NCBI GenBank assembly: GCA_036382515.1
Contig: DASVHQ010000119.1
Location: 715-64,714, forward strand
Direction of reading: 5' to 3'
From: Polyangiales bacterium
GTDB lineage: Bacteria; Myxococcota_A; Polyangia; Polyangiales; JAFGIB01
DNA length: 64,000 nucleotides
Shown: positions 1 to 9,658 of the stretch, one piece after another
Position numbering within the stretch: position 1 is the first letter of the stretch
How the letters are laid out: each line of letters opens with the position of its first letter
Notes under the pieces: model-generated
Databases searched by the model: none
Seen by the model: the letters and a program-made list of their open reading frames with translations, nothing else
What the model was told of the DNA's origin: nothing
Program-made: the position numbers and the translations under genes

Positions 1-1220
1 GCAACGTTAGCGGTGGGCGCGGCCACGGGCTGCGCTGCAGGCTGCGGGGCGGGCTCGGGCACCGGTGCAGGCACAGGCACGACGGGCGCTGCACCCCGCA
101 CCACGTTGGGCTGCGCGTCGGGCGCCCGGCTGGCCCGCACCGCCAAGAGCGCGCCCCCGACCACGAGTAGGCCGAGCGCCGCACCCCCGAGCAACAACCC
201 CAGCGGCTTCTTGGCGCGCGCCGTGCCCTGGGCTTGCCCGGCGGCCTGCGGTCCGTCTTGTTTTTGCGTCCAGGTGAACGGCGTGGTCTCGCCGCTCGCG
301 GCGGGCTGTGCCGCGGCCAGCATCACTGGAGCGCCGTCGAGCCCGGCGAACTGCGTGAGTGCCTCCGCCAGTGCCTCGATGGTCTGGAAGCGCTGGTTGC
401 GGTCCTTGGCCATGGCCTGCATCACGAGCTGGTCGAGCGCTTCGGGCACGTCCTTGCGGAACATGCGCGGCGGTAGCGCGGGCTCGGTCAGGATCTTCAC
501 CATCAGCGCCGGGTAGCTCTCGGCATCGAAGGGCAGCCTGCCGGTGAGCCCCTGGTAGAGGATCACGCCCACGGCGTAGATGTCGGCGCGATGATCGAGA
601 TCACGCACGCCCTGCGCCTGCTCGGGCGGCATGTAGTAGGGCGTGCCCAGCGCCATGCCGGTCTTGGTCAGGCTGCCGCCGATCGCTTCGTTCGACTCGC
701 GCATCTTGGAGATGCCGAAGTCCAGCACCTTGACGAAGTCGCTGTCGGTGCCGCGCTTGATCAGGTAGATGTTCTCGGGCTTCATGTCGCGGTGCACGAT
801 GCCGCGCGCGTGTGCAGCTGACAGTGCGCCGCACACCTGAGTAACGATGTGCACCAGGCGCCCCACGGGCAAGCTGCCCTCGCGCTCGATCAGCTTGCCG
901 AACTCGATGCCCTCGAGGAACTCCATCACGATGAAGGGCGAGCCGTCGTCGAAGGCGCCGACGTCGGTGACCTCGATGATGTGCTCGTTGCCCACGGCGG
1001 TCGCCGCGTTGGCCTCGCGATGGAAGCGCTCGACGACTTCCTTGTTGGACATGTACTGCTGGTGCAGGCACTTGATCGCCAGGCGCTTGCCGATCAGCTC
1101 GTGCTTTCCTTCGTAGACCGCGCCCATCCCGCCTTCGCCGAGCTTGCGCACGATGCGATAGCGGCCAAGCAAGAGCTGGCCCAGTTTCTGGTCGAACGCT
1201 GGCTCGGTCGTTCCGGTCAT
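1..1220 (-). CDS. Hanks-type Ser/Thr protein kinase with TM segment and Pro/Ala-rich tail; N-terminus complete, C-terminus runs off the window start
   Basis: Hand translation of the minus strand from ATG at 1220..1218 gives MTGTTEPAFDQKLGQLLLGRYRIVRKLGEGGMGAVYEGKH..LAIKCL. Kinase motifs follow: HRDMKPEN, DFGIS and GTPYYMPPE. Then comes a hydrophobic segment KKPLGLLLGGAALGLLVVGGALLAV. It is absent from the ORF track because there is no stop inside the window. Confidence 0.9.
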   Translation of the reverse strand, partial: MTGTTEPAFDQKLGQLLLGRYRIVRKLGEGGMGAVYEGKHELIGKRLAIKCLHQQYMSNKEVVERFHREANAATAVGNEHIIEVTDVGAFDDGSPFIVMEFLEGIEFGKLIEREGSLPVGRLVHIVTQVCGALSAAHARGIVHRDMKPENIYLIKRGTDSDFVKVLDFGISKMRESNEAIGGSLTKTGMALGTPYYMPPEQAQGVRDLDHRADIYAVGVILYQGLTGRLPFDAESYPALMVKILTEPALPPRMFRKDVPEALDQLVMQAMAKDRNQRFQTIEALAEALTQFAGLDGAPVMLAAAQPAASGETTPFTWTQKQDGPQAAGQAQGTARAKKPLGLLLGGAALGLLVVGGALLAVRASRAPDAQPNVVRGAAPVVPVPAPVPEPAPQPAAQPVAAPTANV

Positions 1221-1561
1221 TCGCTACACGTTACGGGCGGAAAGTCGTGGCTGACTGCTGGCTGCTGGCGGCCCGTGGGCCGGGGTCGGGTTCTCTCGGC
1301 CCACCCCAGTATGGACCATGATGCCAGGCCGCGGGGCTGCTGAGAATGCTCGTCAGCCGTTGGGGCACCCGCTCGGTCGCGGTCGTCCGCCTTGACGTCA
1401 GGGGGCGCGTGGCCATGTGATGCCTGGAGGCCGTCGCGCTTGATTGAAAGCTGAGTCAGGGTAGGCGGGCACCGACATCGGCGTTGCTCCTCGATCTAGG
1501 ATCGCGTCTCGTCGAGCCTCTCTCACCCCTCTTGCTCGCCAGCCAAGTCTGACCTGTTGCA

Positions 1562-1575
1562 GTCGCGTACGCGAC
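1562..1575 (-). terminator. Possible terminator stem (perfect palindrome GTCGCGTACGCGAC) 18 nt after the OmpA-like stop
   Basis: 14-nt perfect palindrome seen directly. There is no U-tract, so this is weak. Confidence 0.25.
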
Positions 1576-1592
1576 GGCCTCCTCCTGCAATC

Positions 1593-2708
1593 TCAGCCGC
1601 CCTGCGCGGGCGCGCCGCCGGGGGCAACCGCCTGCACGGGCGTCGCCGCTTCCACCGTGGTCGGAGCTTTTCCGCTCGCGGCCGGCGGTCCCGATCTGGT
1701 GGGTGTTCCGGTCGCAGGCTGCGCTGGTGCGCTGCTCTGGTCGTCAGGCGCGGCGGCGCCTCCGGCAGGGACCTGGGTTGCGACCGACGTCTGGATCATG
1801 GACAGGTCCGGCAGCTCTTCGAGGTTCGGCAAGAGCACGATCTCGATGCGGCGGTTCTTCTGCCGACCCGTCGGCGTCGCTTCGTCGGCGATGGGTTGAG
1901 TGTCGGCGTGGGCCGTGGCGGACAGCCGCGCTGCGGGCACCCCGCGCTTCTGCAGATACAGCATCACGCCCAGGGCGCGCGCAGCGGAGAGCTCCCAGTT
2001 CGAATGGTACGGCCCGTAACGGATCGGCAGGCCGTCGGTGTGCCCGGCGATCTCGAACTCGCGACGCTCGACGGATTTGAGCACGGCCGCGACGCGGTCG
2101 AGCAGCGCCTTGCCACCCGGGATCACGCGCGCGTCGTTGCTGCGGAAGAGCACCGACTCCGGTAGCTGCAACACCATGCGGTTGCGCACCACGCGCACGT
2201 CGAGGTCCCCGTGCTCGATCATCGACGTCAGCTGGACCAGCATCGCGCGGAACGCCTCGCTGCGCGCCTGCGCCTTGGCCTCGGCTGCGCGGTCGTCTTC
2301 GATCGTGTGGCGCGCCTGGGCGAGCTGTTCTTGCAGCGCCTTGCGCTGCGCGCGCACGGCTTCCATGTCCTGCACCGAGTGCTGCACGCTGGTCACCAGC
2401 GCTTCGAGATCACGGTCCAGCGCCTGCAGCGAGGTGTGTGCCGGAGCGAGCGCGGCGTTGGCATCCTGCCCGGCCACGGGATGATCGGGATCGCTGGTCA
2501 AGCCGTGCACGAGGTCGACGAGCACGTTGTTGCGCGCCCGCGCCAGCTGCATGCGCACCTTCAAGTCCGCGTTGTACTGCTGTTGTTCCTGCAAGTCGTG
2601 CTGCAAGCCCTTCACGCGATCGCGCAGCGAAAGCTCGGCCTTCGACGGTCCGCAGGCCGTGAGCAAGCCAGCGCAAAGCAGCCAGAATACGGCTGTTTTC
2701 TCATTCAT
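1593..2708 (-). CDS. OmpA/MotB-domain lipoprotein with long N-terminal coiled coil
   Basis: ORF 1593..2753. The internal ATG at 2708 gives MNEKTAVFWLLCAGLLTACG, a signal peptide with a lipobox Cys. A heptad-like Q/E/A/L-rich region follows. The C-terminal OmpA_C signature is EIAGHTDGLP..NWELSAARA..RRIEIVL. It is a paralog of 23015..23830. Confidence 0.85.
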   Translation of the reverse strand: MNEKTAVFWLLCAGLLTACGPSKAELSLRDRVKGLQHDLQEQQQYNADLKVRMQLARARNNVLVDLVHGLTSDPDHPVAGQDANAALAPAHTSLQALDRDLEALVTSVQHSVQDMEAVRAQRKALQEQLAQARHTIEDDRAAEAKAQARSEAFRAMLVQLTSMIEHGDLDVRVVRNRMVLQLPESVLFRSNDARVIPGGKALLDRVAAVLKSVERREFEIAGHTDGLPIRYGPYHSNWELSAARALGVMLYLQKRGVPAARLSATAHADTQPIADEATPTGRQKNRRIEIVLLPNLEELPDLSMIQTSVATQVPAGGAAAPDDQSSAPAQPATGTPTRSGPPAASGKAPTTVEAATPVQAVAPGGAPAQGG

Positions 2709-3375
2709 CGATCTTCTCCTGCACTGCGGAGCCGTCGGACAAGCGCTGGCCACGCAAGATCGCGTAGTCGACGCTGAAGAGGAAACCTATCTTGACGTAG
2801 ATGGACTGCAGCACCGCCGCCTGCTTCAGGATCAGCGCGGTCGCGCGCGCTTCGCAGCCGCGGGCTCCGCGAAAAGTCTCGACGGAGACCGCGCGGTCGG
2901 GGAAGCCACGCAGGCTGAGCTGCACCTGCCCACCGCTCACGTCACGGCGGATCGCGCGCGGCGCGTTGAGGCCGTAGGCCGGTAGCTCGTGATGCAAGAG
3001 CGGCGAGACCACCTGCGGCCCGGACTCCAGCTCGCGCCAGTAGCCATACACCGGGTGGTTGCCGAAGGGTCTGCACTGCTCGTCGACCTGGATCGCGTAG
3101 TGCACTTCGTTCTTGTTCTCGCTCTTGGCGATGAAGAACACCGACGCGACGATCGCGCCCGGCGCCGGCTTGGTGTCCGCGAGCAAGTGCAGCGGGCACA
3201 ATCCCAGCACCAGCACGATGGCGCCAGCCGCGAACGCGCGCACCACACGCCAGCCCGTGCGACGCGGCGCGCCGGGGTCGCGCTGCGCGGGCGCCACGGT
3301 GCGGTGCGTTGGCCGAGTCGAAGGGATCATGCAGGTACGATGATGAGTGTAGCGCCACGACGGCGGTTCGCTCAC
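2701..3375 (-). CDS. Signal-anchored hypothetical protein, DUF4833-like (family name from memory)
   Basis: ORF 2701..3375. GTG at 3375 overlaps the upstream TGA (GTGA coupling), and ATG at 3330 is an alternative start. Hydrophobic anchor is AFAAGAIVLVLGL. It contains the block VFFIAKSENKNEVHYAIQVDE. Confidence 0.6.
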   Translation of the reverse strand: MSEPPSWRYTHHRTCMIPSTRPTHRTVAPAQRDPGAPRRTGWRVVRAFAAGAIVLVLGLCPLHLLADTKPAPGAIVASVFFIAKSENKNEVHYAIQVDEQCRPFGNHPVYGYWRELESGPQVVSPLLHHELPAYGLNAPRAIRRDVSGGQVQLSLRGFPDRAVSVETFRGARGCEARATALILKQAAVLQSIYVKIGFLFSVDYAILRGQRLSDGSAVQEKIDE

Positions 3376-3797
3376 TCGCCCGCGCAGCTACCGGGATCCC
3401 AGCGCAAATACCGCTGCTGCATGACGGCGCATAGCCAGTTGCCGGCGACGATCCCGGCCAGCGTGAGCAACGCGCCGAATTGTCCTTCACCGAGCTGCAC
3501 GAGCGCGATGCTGGGGCACGCGCCCGAGAGCGCCCAGCCTGCGCCGAACAGCGCACCGCCGAGCAACGTCCCGTTGTGGACGGGTCGTGGGCCAAAACGC
3601 ACACGACCGGGCAAGAAGCGCTTCCAGAGCAGCGTAGCCGGCACGAGCAGGATCACCGCCGCCATGAACGAGAGGAACAGGCGCAGGTCGGCGAATACGA
3701 ACATGCGATGCACTTCGTCCCACGACGAGAAGCCGATGCGGCTGAGCCCGAAGCCGAAGAGCAGGCCGACGCCGAGCGTGCCCGACAGCTGTCTCAT
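3372..3797 (-). CDS. YeeE/YedE-family sulfur-compound transporter, second half-size subunit
   Basis: Internal ATG at 3797 (MRQLSGTLGVGLLFGFGLSRIGF..) overlaps the upstream stop as ATGA. The protein is a multi-TM Gly-rich sequence containing GWALSGACP. Confidence 0.8.
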   Translation of the reverse strand: MRQLSGTLGVGLLFGFGLSRIGFSSWDEVHRMFVFADLRLFLSFMAAVILLVPATLLWKRFLPGRVRFGPRPVHNGTLLGGALFGAGWALSGACPSIALVQLGEGQFGALLTLAGIVAGNWLCAVMQQRYLRWDPGSCAGE

Positions 3798-4399
3798 AGC
3801 AGCGCCCGCAGTGCGAACGACGTAGCGACGCCGGTGCCGAAGAACGCCATGGTCGCGAGCCAGCTGCCTTTTTGGAACTGACTGACGCCGCACAGGCCGT
3901 GGCCCGAGGTGCAGCCGCCCGAGATGCGCGTGCCGAAGCCGACCAGGGCACCGCCGAAGATGAGCACGAGGGAGCTGACGAGCGGTGAGTGACCGAACAC
4001 GCGCGGGAACAGCTCGCTGCGCAGGCCAAGCGTCGGCGCCAGATCTGCGCGCAGCCATGCAGACAAAAGCCCGCCAGCGCACAGGCCGACGAAGAACAAG
4101 AGATGCACCAGCGGTCGCTCGGCCGACCGCACGGTCGGCTCGGCCAGCGCGACGGCCTCGGCGACCGGATCCTCGAGCGCATCCTCGCCGAAGGCTTCGA
4201 CCGTGGCGGCGCGCAATGCGGCCACCAGGTCGGCCTCGCTCATCTCGACGTCAGCTTCGGGAACGGCCGACGTGCGGACTCGGTCGATCAGGGCCGTATA
4301 GCGACCGGAGACACCGAGGCCGCGTCGCAACCAGATCCAATGCAGCACCGGGATCGCAGCGAGCACGAGGCCGCTCTGCCAGAACGAAAGGTAGTGCAT
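3794..4399 (-). CDS. YeeE/YedE-family sulfur-compound transporter, first half-size subunit with acidic loop insert
   Basis: ORF 3794..4399 carries the GTRISGGCTSGHGLCG motif typical of YeeE/YedE. An Asp/Glu/Ala-rich loop lies between TM segments. Confidence 0.85.
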   Translation of the reverse strand: MHYLSFWQSGLVLAAIPVLHWIWLRRGLGVSGRYTALIDRVRTSAVPEADVEMSEADLVAALRAATVEAFGEDALEDPVAEAVALAEPTVRSAERPLVHLLFFVGLCAGGLLSAWLRADLAPTLGLRSELFPRVFGHSPLVSSLVLIFGGALVGFGTRISGGCTSGHGLCGVSQFQKGSWLATMAFFGTGVATSFALRALL

Positions 4400-4405
4400 G
4401 TGCGC

Positions 4406-4630
4406 TCACCCCGTCTCGACCGCAGAAGTCCGCGTGCCTTGTTTCAGGTACGCGCCGTTCGGCATGAGATTCTGCGGAACGCTCTGACCGCTGACCGACA
4501 GCTTGTAGCGCGCACACTCGGCGTAGTCGGCCTGGCAGTAGCGCGACTGCCAAACCTTGAGCGTGCCGGCGAGCTTGATGACGCCGTACATCGGACACGC
4601 GCTCATGTGCGGACAGTCTTTGCTCGGCAT
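4406..4630 (-). CDS. Small 4-Cys protein (74 aa), unknown function
   Basis: ATG at 4630 is preceded by GGGGGAG. The protein is MPSKDCPHMSACPMYGV...WQSRYCQADYAECARYKL. It ends 6 nt before the YeeE start. Confidence 0.6.
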   Translation of the reverse strand: MPSKDCPHMSACPMYGVIKLAGTLKVWQSRYCQADYAECARYKLSVSGQSVPQNLMPNGAYLKQGTRTSAVETG

Positions 4631-4744
4631 CCGAATCTCCCCCGCCAGGCGCGTGGCACAGCTGAGGAGAATGGCGGAACGTACGCTGGACAGCAAGCCG
4701 CCGCGAAGGTTCGCGCGCTGACTGCGCGCGCACCGCGCCCAGGC

Positions 4745-5680
4745 TCACACCTGGCCGAGGCGCGCGAGCACGGTCTGGGCGAGTGCGTCGATGTAGGCCG
4801 GGTGCGTGCCGACAGTGGCTGCGCGGGCTAGCTCGATCCCACGGTCTTGCGCGCGTTGCCTGGCCTCGATGTCGAGGTCGTAGAGCACCTCGACGTGGTC
4901 GCAGACGAAGCCGATCGGCGCCACCACCAGTGCTTTTGTGCCTCGCGCGGCCTCTTCCTCGATCACCGTGCAGATGTCGGGCTCGAGCCAGCGCTCGCTG
5001 GGTGCGCCGCTGCGGCTCTGATACGCGAGACCGTAGTCGTGGTTTTCGAGCGCGGCGGCGATGCGCTTGGCCGCCGACTCGAAGCGCGCGACGTAGCCCG
5101 AGGCCTCGCCCACCGCAGTCGGAACGCTGTGGGCGGTAAAAACCAGACGCGCTGCCTCGCGTTGCGAAGCTGCGAGGCGTGCGAAGGCCGCGCGCACGTG
5201 CTGCTCGTTCGCGGTCACGAAGCCGGGAAGCTCGTCGGGGCCGTCGGTGTACTCGACGACGAGCTCGGGGCACTGCGCCTCGAGCTTCGCTTCGTTCACC
5301 GCGCTCGCATAGCGCTCGAGGGTCGAGCGATCGTGAAACGACGCCATCACCACGGCCACGATGCGTTGCACGCGGGCTTGCGTCAGGTCGCGCAGGGTGC
5401 TCGCGATGAAGGGCTTGGCGTGGCGCATGCCGGTGCGCACGCTCAGCTCGTGGCCGCGCTCGAGCAGGCGCGCGCGCAGCGCCTCGCACTGCGCTTGCGT
5501 CCACTCGTTGATCGGCGAGCGCCCACCGATCGCCTCGTAGTGATGGGCGACGGTTTCGATGCGCGAGGGCGGCACCGGCCGACCGCGCAGCACGTGCTGC
5601 AGGAAGGGGCGGATCTCCTCGGGTCGCTCGGGGCCGCCGAAGCCGACCACGAGCACCGCGTCACGGCTGTGTTCGATCAT
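4745..5680 (-). CDS. hemH: Ferrochelatase
   Basis: Internal ATG at 5680 (MIEHSRDAVLVVGFGGPE) overlaps the hemE stop as ATGA. Motifs seen are TAHSVP, YQSRSG..WLEPD and GFVCDHVEVLYDLD. Confidence 0.9.
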   Translation of the reverse strand: MIEHSRDAVLVVGFGGPERPEEIRPFLQHVLRGRPVPPSRIETVAHHYEAIGGRSPINEWTQAQCEALRARLLERGHELSVRTGMRHAKPFIASTLRDLTQARVQRIVAVVMASFHDRSTLERYASAVNEAKLEAQCPELVVEYTDGPDELPGFVTANEQHVRAAFARLAASQREAARLVFTAHSVPTAVGEASGYVARFESAAKRIAAALENHDYGLAYQSRSGAPSERWLEPDICTVIEEEAARGTKALVVAPIGFVCDHVEVLYDLDIEARQRAQDRGIELARAATVGTHPAYIDALAQTVLARLGQV

Positions 5681-6699
5681 CGAGCGCTTGCGGCGTGCAC
5701 GTAATCGACGAGCATGCGCACCTTGTCGACGCTGGCTTCGGGGAACAGGCCGTGGCCGAGGTTGAAGACGTGCCCGGCGCGGCCGCACGCGCCGTCCAGC
5801 ACGCGCTTGGCACGCTTCTCGAGCTCGGCGCGCGGCGCCAAGAGCGAGTACGGATCGAGATTGCCCATCAGGGCCACATCGCCGAGCGCGTCCCAGGTGC
5901 TGCCGAGGTCGCAGCGGAAGTCGATGCCGATCACGTCGCCGCCGGCAGCCTTCATCATCGGATACAACGCTGGGTTGCCGGTGCCGAAGTGGATCGCCGG
6001 CACGCTGTGGTCGAGCGCAGCGAACAACCGCTTCATGTGCGGCTGCACGTACTGTTGGTAGTCGGCGGGGCTGAGCGCGCCGATCCACGAGTCGAAGACC
6101 TGAACGGCCTGCACGCCGGCCTTCACCTGGGCGTTCAGGTAGAGTGCCACGGCCGAGGTCAGCTTCTCCATCAGCGCGTTCCAGGCGCCCGGATCGCCGA
6201 ACATCATGGCCTTGGTGTGCATGTAGTCGCGCGAGCCGCTGCCTTCGATCACGTAGGACGCGAGCGTGAAGGGCGCACCCGAGAAGCCGATGAGTGGCAC
6301 GCCGCTGGGCAGGCCGCTGCGCGTCTTTTTCACGGCTTCGAGCACGTAGCCGAGGGATTCCTGCGGATCGATGCGCTCGGCGACCGCATTCACGTCAGCT
6401 GCAACGCGAACCGGCTTGGCGATGCGCGGGCCGTCGTCCTTGGTGAACTCGAAGCCGATGCCCAGAGGCTCGAGGATGAGCAGGATGTCCGCGAACAGGA
6501 TCGCGGCGTCCACGCCCAGCTGCGTCACCGGCAGGATCGTGACCTCGGCAGCGACGTCCGGGTTCTTGCACATCTCGACGAAGCCGTAGCGCGCGCGCAA
6601 GGCTCGGTACTCCGGCTGGTAGCGGCCGGCCTGTCGCATCAGCCAGATCGGCGTGAAGGCAGTGGGCTCGCGGCGACAGGCACGCAGAAATTCGCTCAT
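5677..6699 (-). CDS. hemE: Uroporphyrinogen decarboxylase
   Basis: ORF 5677..6699 begins PIWLMRQAGRYQPEY and shows full-length similarity to the HemE pattern. Confidence 0.95.
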   Translation of the reverse strand: MSEFLRACRREPTAFTPIWLMRQAGRYQPEYRALRARYGFVEMCKNPDVAAEVTILPVTQLGVDAAILFADILLILEPLGIGFEFTKDDGPRIAKPVRVAADVNAVAERIDPQESLGYVLEAVKKTRSGLPSGVPLIGFSGAPFTLASYVIEGSGSRDYMHTKAMMFGDPGAWNALMEKLTSAVALYLNAQVKAGVQAVQVFDSWIGALSPADYQQYVQPHMKRLFAALDHSVPAIHFGTGNPALYPMMKAAGGDVIGIDFRCDLGSTWDALGDVALMGNLDPYSLLAPRAELEKRAKRVLDGACGRAGHVFNLGHGLFPEASVDKVRMLVDYVHAASAR

Positions 6700-6899
6700 T
6701 GATATTCTCGCAACAGGGCCGCCATGGCTTCCTCGTCCACGAGGTCGCCGTCATCGGGCCCGACAGGTCGCGCGATGACATAGCCATCGCCGAGCCAATT
6801 GCCAAGGTCGACCAGCTTGCAGCGCTCGCTGCAGAAGGGGTGGGTCTTGGGCCGCGGTGCGTCCGAGAGCTTCTTTTTGCAGATGGGGCAGCTCGCCAT
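6696..6899 (-). CDS. yacG: Zinc-finger DNA gyrase inhibitor YacG-like
   Basis: MASCPICKKK..HPFCSERCKLVDLGNWL, a 4-Cys zinc-finger pattern. Its stop overlaps the hemE start. Confidence 0.8.
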   Translation of the reverse strand: MASCPICKKKLSDAPRPKTHPFCSERCKLVDLGNWLGDGYVIARPVGPDDGDLVDEEAMAALLREYQ

Positions 6900-7184
6900 G
6901 GTCGCTTCGCAACCTAGCACGGCGTTCGCGGCTGCGGGGAATCGTCAATGATTCTAGGGCACTCAGGCGAGCGGGTGGGTCTTCTGGCGGGTGCCTGGGT
7001 CGCGTGCTATACCGCGCGCCGCTCCTCATCCGAGGGGCCGGGAGCTTGGCAACACCTCTGGTGCCTGCTCGGCTTCCGAAATTAACACGCTCCCGGCTCG
7101 AACGAGGTGGCTCGGTGCCTGCCCAGCAGGTCGCCACCCGCGGGAAGCGGAAGAACAACCGGAGAAGCAGAGCAATGACCCAAC

Positions 7185-8080
7185 AAATCGACACCACCGA
7201 CTCGTCCGCCGACTCCATGGTCCAACTCTCGGACGAGGCCACTGTCTCGATCCGCAAGCTGATCGACGCCGGCGTTCACTTCGGCCACCAGACCAACCGC
7301 TGGAACCCGCGCATGGCGCCGTACATCTACGGCGCGCGCAACGGCATCCACATCGTCGACCTCGACCAGACCGCGCGCTACCTGAAGCGCGCGCTGAACT
7401 TCATCGCGCAGGCGGTCGGTCGCGGCGGTCAGGTGCTGTTCGTGGGCACCAAGCGCCAGGCGCAGGAAGTCATCGTCGAGGAGGCCGAGCGCGCGGGTCA
7501 GTTCCACGTGACCGGTCGCTGGCTGGGCGGCACGCTCACCAACTTCCGCACCATGAAGGTGGGCATCGAGCGTCTGCGTCTGCTCGCGCAGATGGAAGAC
7601 GACGGCAGCATGGCTCAGCTCTCCAAGAAGGAAGCGCTGGGTCTGCGTCGCGAGGCGGCGCGTCTGACGAAGTTCGTCGGCGGCATTCGCGACATGAACG
7701 GCACGCCCGCGGCGCTGTTCGTGATCGATCCGCAGCACGAGCACATCGCGGTGGATGAAGCCAACAAGCTCGGCATCCCGGTGGTCGCGCTCACCGACAC
7801 CAATTGTGACCCCGACCTCATCCAGTACATCGTCCCCGGCAACGACGACGCGATCCGCTCCATCAAGCTGATCACCGCCGCGATCGCCGAGGCGTGCCTG
7901 CAGGGCCAGGCCCGTCGTCGCGAGTACTCGCAGCCGTCGCGCGAGCACCATGGTGGTGGCGGTCCCGCCGTCGAATTCGCACGTAGCCGTCAAGCGGCTC
8001 AGCAGGCTCAAGCAGCAGCGGCTGCTGCGGTTGCGGCTGCCGCTGCCACGCCTGCGGCCGAACCGTCGACCGACGAGTGA
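7185..8080 (+). CDS. rpsB: 30S ribosomal protein S2 with low-complexity Ala/Gln C-terminal tail
   Basis: ATG at 7185 lies 8 nt after GGAGAAG. The protein contains GVHFGHQTNRWNPRM and LFVGTKRQA. Confidence 0.95.
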
Positions 8081-8131
8081 GCCAGGCCCCCGCAACACGG
8101 CAACCCACGGCAAACCAGAAGGAGTTTCATC

Positions 8132-8806
8132 ATGGCTGACGTCTCCATGGAAATGGTCAAAGAGCTTCGCCAGCGCACTGGCGCGGGCATCATGGACTGC
8201 AAGGTCGCGCTGCAAGAATCCAGCTCCGACATGGAAAAGGCAGTCGAGTACATCCAGAAGAAGGGCCTCGCGAAGGCCGCCAAGAAAGCCGGCGCCATCG
8301 CGGCCGAAGGCGCCATCCACGCGTACATCCACGCCGGCTCGCGCCTGGGCGTGCTCGTCGAAGTGAACTGCCAGACCGATTTCGTCGCGCGCAGCGAAGA
8401 CTTCAAGCAGTACGTGGAAGCGGTGGGCTTGCAGATCGCTTCGATGAACCCGCTGTTCGTGCGTCGCGAGGAAGTGCCCGCGGCGAGCGTCGCCAAGCAG
8501 CGCGAAATCTTCCAGGCTCAGATGGACGAAGAAGCCGCGCAGACCGGCAAGAAGCGTCCGGCCGAGGTGGTCGAGAAGATTCTCGGCGGCAAGATCGACA
8601 AGTGGCTGCAAGACGCTTGCCTCGTGGAGCAAGTGTCGGTCGTCGACGGCGACAAGACGATCCAGACGATGGCCGACGCGCTCAGCGCCAAGATCGGCGA
8701 GAAGATCGCCGTGCGTCGCTTCGTGCGTTTCGAGCTCGGCGAGGGCATCGAAAAGAAGAGCGCCGATCTCGCGGCCGACGTGGCTGCTGCGATCTCGGGC
8801 TCGTAA
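8132..8806 (+). CDS. tsf: Elongation factor Ts (short form)
   Basis: MVKELRQRTGAGIMDCKVAL matches the UBA-like N-terminus of EF-Ts. Confidence 0.95.
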   Translation: MADVSMEMVKELRQRTGAGIMDCKVALQESSSDMEKAVEYIQKKGLAKAAKKAGAIAAEGAIHAYIHAGSRLGVLVEVNCQTDFVARSEDFKQYVEAVGLQIASMNPLFVRREEVPAASVAKQREIFQAQMDEEAAQTGKKRPAEVVEKILGGKIDKWLQDACLVEQVSVVDGDKTIQTMADALSAKIGEKIAVRRFVRFELGEGIEKKSADLAADVAAAISGS

Positions 8807-8890
8807 AACGAGCGCACGGCAGCACGCTGATTTTCGGCGCTGCTCCTCGCTGTTTGGGCGTATGTTCGCGAGCGAAGAGGGATCCGAACC

Positions 8891-9637
8891 ATGGGCGTCA
8901 AGCACAAGCGAGTCTTGCTGAAACTCTCCGGTGAAGCGCTCTGTGGCGTGCCCGGAGGGTTCGGTCTCGAACCCAAGACGCTCGAAACGATCAGCGAGGA
9001 GCTCTCCGAGGTTCACGCCGCCGGAGCGCAGCTCGCGATCGTGATCGGTGGCGGCAACATCTTCCGCGGCCTCAAGGGCAGCGCCGCGGGCATGGATCGC
9101 GCGAGCGCCGACTACATGGGCATGCTCGCGACCGTGATCAACGGCATCGCGTTACAAGACGCGCTCGAGAAGCACGCCGTGCCCACGCGCTTGATGACCG
9201 CTCTCGAAGTGCGCTCCGTCGCCGAGCCGTACATCCGGCGACGCGCGGTGCGTCACCTCGAGAAGGGTCGCGTGCTCATCTTCGTCGCCGGCACCGGCAA
9301 CCCCTACTTCTCCACCGACACGGCGGCAGCTCTGCGCGCCATGGAGATCCAGGCCGATCTCTTGTGCAAGGCCACCAAGGTCGAGGGCGTGTTCGACAAG
9401 GACCCGCACAAGCACAGCGACGCGAACATGTTTCGGCGCGTGTCGTACGACCACTTCATCCAGGCGCGCATGGGCGTGATGGACTCCACCGCGGTCACGC
9501 TGTGCCGGGATCACAACCTGCCGATCCGCGTGTTCGCGCTGTCGACACGCGGCAACATCAAGCGCGTCGTGCAGGGCGAGCCGATCGGCACGCTGGTCAG
9601 CGAAGCCGCCGACGTATTCGCCAACCAAGCCGAGTAA
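8891..9637 (+). CDS. pyrH: UMP kinase
   Basis: [12 protein letters not shown] and [10 protein letters not shown]. Confidence 0.95.
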   Translation: MGVKHKRVLLKLSGEALCGVPGGFGLEPKTLETISEELSEVHAAGAQLAIVIGGGNIFRGLKGSAAGMDRASADYMGMLATVINGIALQDALEKHAVPTRLMTALEVRSVAEPYIRRRAVRHLEKGRVLIFVAGTGNPYFSTDTAAALRAMEIQADLLCKATKVEGVFDKDPHKHSDANMFRRVSYDHFIQARMGVMDSTAVTLCRDHNLPIRVFALSTRGNIKRVVQGEPIGTLVSEAADVFANQAE

Positions 9638-9658
9638 CTGACACCGCCCGGAGGAACC

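Noticed and set aside
4631-4744. TGGCAC-containing sequence that looked like a sigma54 -24 element between hemH and the small Cys gene
   Set aside because: TGGCAC is on the wrong strand for the downstream gene and lacks a correctly spaced TTGC -12 element. On the coding strand the GG-N10-GC spacing is not met.
6857-7184. Long N-terminal extension of the rpsB ORF in the ORF track (407 aa). The track shows similar extensions for hemH, NFACT, nuoJ/K/M/N, lepB, purE, the PPIase, ribBA and ribD.
   Set aside because: The extensions are Arg/Pro-rich with no similarity to the families. Internal starts have RBS-like sequences or ATGA/GTGA overlaps with the upstream stop, and they give family-typical N-termini.
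7082-9016. 644-aa ORF on the minus strand opposite rpsB-tsf-pyrH. Similar very long antisense ORFs occur at 33724..35718, 37117..39198, 39147..41132, 40874..42610, 45404..46726, 48349..49728 and 54143..55606.
   Set aside because: They lie antisense or out of frame to genes with unmistakable conserved motifs. Their translations are Arg/His/Gly/Ala-rich low-information strings with no recognisable motifs. Long spurious ORFs are expected in GC-rich DNA because stop codons are AT-rich.
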